A DNA stretch of 62,603 bases, filler included, from Stramenopiles sp. TOSAG23-6 (Eukaryota): the NCBI GenBank assembly GCA_900128565.1. It is 29 parts of 29 records of this genome, joined end to end, with 100 filler letters (N's around TTAATTAATTAA, not from the genome) between each part and the next. Parts side by side here need not be neighbours in the genome. Positions count along the whole stretch, not along the records: positions 60,557 to 62,603 come from LT638354.1; 28 more parts are not named here. The stretch is one strand, 5' to 3'. A program made the translations under genes and the position numbers. Below, piece by piece: positions 60,622 to 62,603 of this stretch. The notes beneath the pieces are model-generated. The model was not told the origin of the DNA. It ran no database searches and saw only the letters and a list, made by a program, of their open reading frames with translations. Numbering within the stretch: the first letter of the stretch is position 1; every line of letters begins with the position of its first letter.

Positions 60622-62488
60622 AAGCAAACCCAGTATTGTTTGTCATACAAGATTGACTCATCGCAAGTTGAACTTTGGATTCGTTTACTAAAAGATGAAT
60701 TAGTTGAAGTGATCCACTTGCTTGTGTTTCGTTTTCAGTGACGTTATCATGTATTTTAGAAAAATATTTCAAAAAAAAAAATCGTTAGGTACAAAATTTT
60801 TATAAAAAAATAAATTCGATTTTTTTGTACAAAAAAACATATATCATCAATCTTGTTATTTGGTATTTTAGGGTGCAATAAGAAGGATACTGTTGATTCC
60901 AAAACGAAATTTGTCTCTTTATTAGCATGTAATTCAGACTTTGGTTCACTTGTTTGTATCAAATGATGCCGAGAGAAACATAATTTAAGAATATTAATAA
61001 ATGCAACGTGATTTTCTGATAGTAAAAGTTCAGCTTCAACATATTTTGAAAATTTTGTCTTTTGTCGTTTTGAATACACAAATTCAGTCATCACAATATT
61101 TTCGTCTTTTTGTTTGCATATATGCTTGAGTAAACTTAATAATGCAGATCTACAATATAATATAAATAGAGAAGAAGATGCTTGGATGAGCAATTTCTCT
61201 AATTCAAATTTGTCAGAGGCATCTGCAATCGCACAGAGGGAATCAATTATTTTTTCTTCTTTTTCCTCAAAGGCATACAGTCGAGGCCCAACTGATGTAG
61301 GGAAATAGTTTTCATTTTCTGTTGGAATTTTACTCGCTTTTAGACTATATGGATCACTATGACTACCTTTTGTTTCCTCTTTTGAATTTCTAGAGTCGCT
61401 GTCTCTTTTTTCCTTCTTTTTATGAACTGAAGTTCGACCATTACTCGATGATCCCTTTCCTTCTGATAGATACTGTATTTTGGAAAAATATTTCAAAAAA
61501 AAATATTTCAAAAAAAATTGTTAGGTACAAAATTTTTTTACCAAAAAAAAANAAAAAAAAATTCGATTTTTTTTTTTTTTCGTTTAAAAAAAAAAAAAAA
61601 TAAAATGAATAAAAACATACCTGCAATCGCCTCCCTGTTAATTCCATTGCAAAATTATCAGTAATGGAGAGAAATCCAGAATTACTTGAATTTTCACTTT
61701 CCATTTGCTCTATGATCCAAGATACTGCAAGCTCCTCTTGCAAACCAGTACGCCAATTATTTGCAGCACGTACACACCATTCAACTGGAAAACCCATTGA
61801 AATTAAATTATCAACTAATGTTTGGCGTCTATCTTCATCTTCATGCTCATCATCCCCAGCCTCTTCGTATTCGTTGCCATCTTCATCCTCTTCATGAATA
61901 AAAGTGATTTTGGGTTCACACGAAACTTCGCCGTCCATATCTTCTTCATACCCTTCTTCCTCTCCATATTCTTCATCATATTTTGATTCCTCATAATACC
62001 CATCTTCTTCTTCTTCTTCATCATCATCATCAGTATATCTATCTTCTATTTCTTTCAACTGTTCTACATCATTTATTTTAGAAAATATTTTTGTTTTTTT
62101 AATTTTTTTTTTAATTTTTGTTAGGTACAAAATTTTGTATGAAAAATTAAAATTAAAAAAAAAACATACATTTTCATCCTCTTCAGAATCAATATTTTTT
62201 GTTGTAGTATTACTTTTTGCCCCATAATTAGACTGAGATGTGTCATTACCATCCAAATGTATATTTTCCATTTGTTTTGATTTTTGGTGTTTTATTTCAT
62301 CATTATTATTATTATTAGGGTTAGCGTAAAAATTATCTAACTTTGAAGCGATTGGTTGAAAACTAATTTCAACTGGTGGATACAAGAATGATTCAAATCC
62401 AAAGTTAAAGCGCATACTTTGTCCATGATTAATTGATGCCGCTGGAAAAATTCCACCTTCAGCCTGAAAATTTGAAAACGCAAGTCTC
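60622..62488 (-). CDS. Large SPRY + UBA protein (HERC/HECT-type ligase-like), internal part; introns 62071-62169, 61473-61620, 60749-60842
   Basis: IFPAASINHGQSMRFNFG..FLYPP (SPRY end) and VDNLISMGFPVEWCVRA (UBA). Confidence 0.75.
61473..61620 (-). mobile_element. Introner-family intron, GT...AG, where the upstream exon also ends in AG
   Basis: TTG CAG|GTATGT...CCAAAATACAG|TAT CTA. Confidence 0.85.
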
Positions 62489-62603
62489 ATATATTTTTGA
62501 AAAATATTTCAATTTTTTTTTTTTTTTTTTAGTTTTTTAGTTTTGGTTGAAAATTCAAAAAAATTTTAATTACAAAATTTCGTACAAAAAAAAAAAAAAA
62601 AAA

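Overview
This window is not one locus. It is 29 short eukaryotic contigs (~2.05-2.08 kb, sorted by decreasing length) joined by artificial 100-nt spacers (N44-TTAATTAATTAA-N44). Two contigs are exact duplicates, and several carry fold-back or inversion junctions typical of single-cell MDA assemblies. Most derive from an AT-rich protist. Recognisable genes include a kinesin, RPB5, RRP42, DEPDC5/IML1, YAK1, HUWE1/UPL1, eEF3, CDF, MFS and NIPA transporters, and a CASTOR/POLLUX-like channel. One GC-richer contig (6540-8617) with ordinary GT-AG introns looks foreign. The dominant signal is a family of ~90-135 nt repeated introns (roughly 65-70 full or partial copies by eye). Consensus: GTAYGTTTT-(T-rich)-TTCGTACGAAATTTYGTACCTAAC-(T-rich)-TTTGAAATATTTTTYCAMAATAY-NN. 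Where conserved protein motifs fix the exon junction, most copies do not end in AG but in AT, TT or GT. The last two bases usually repeat the last two bases of the upstream exon, as a 2-bp target-site duplication would. The ends are imperfect inverted repeats, some donors are GC or AT, and two copies sit back-to-back with a zero-length exon. This reads as a MITE-derived introner family spliced without a fixed 3' AG. Splicing is inferred from protein conservation, not observed.
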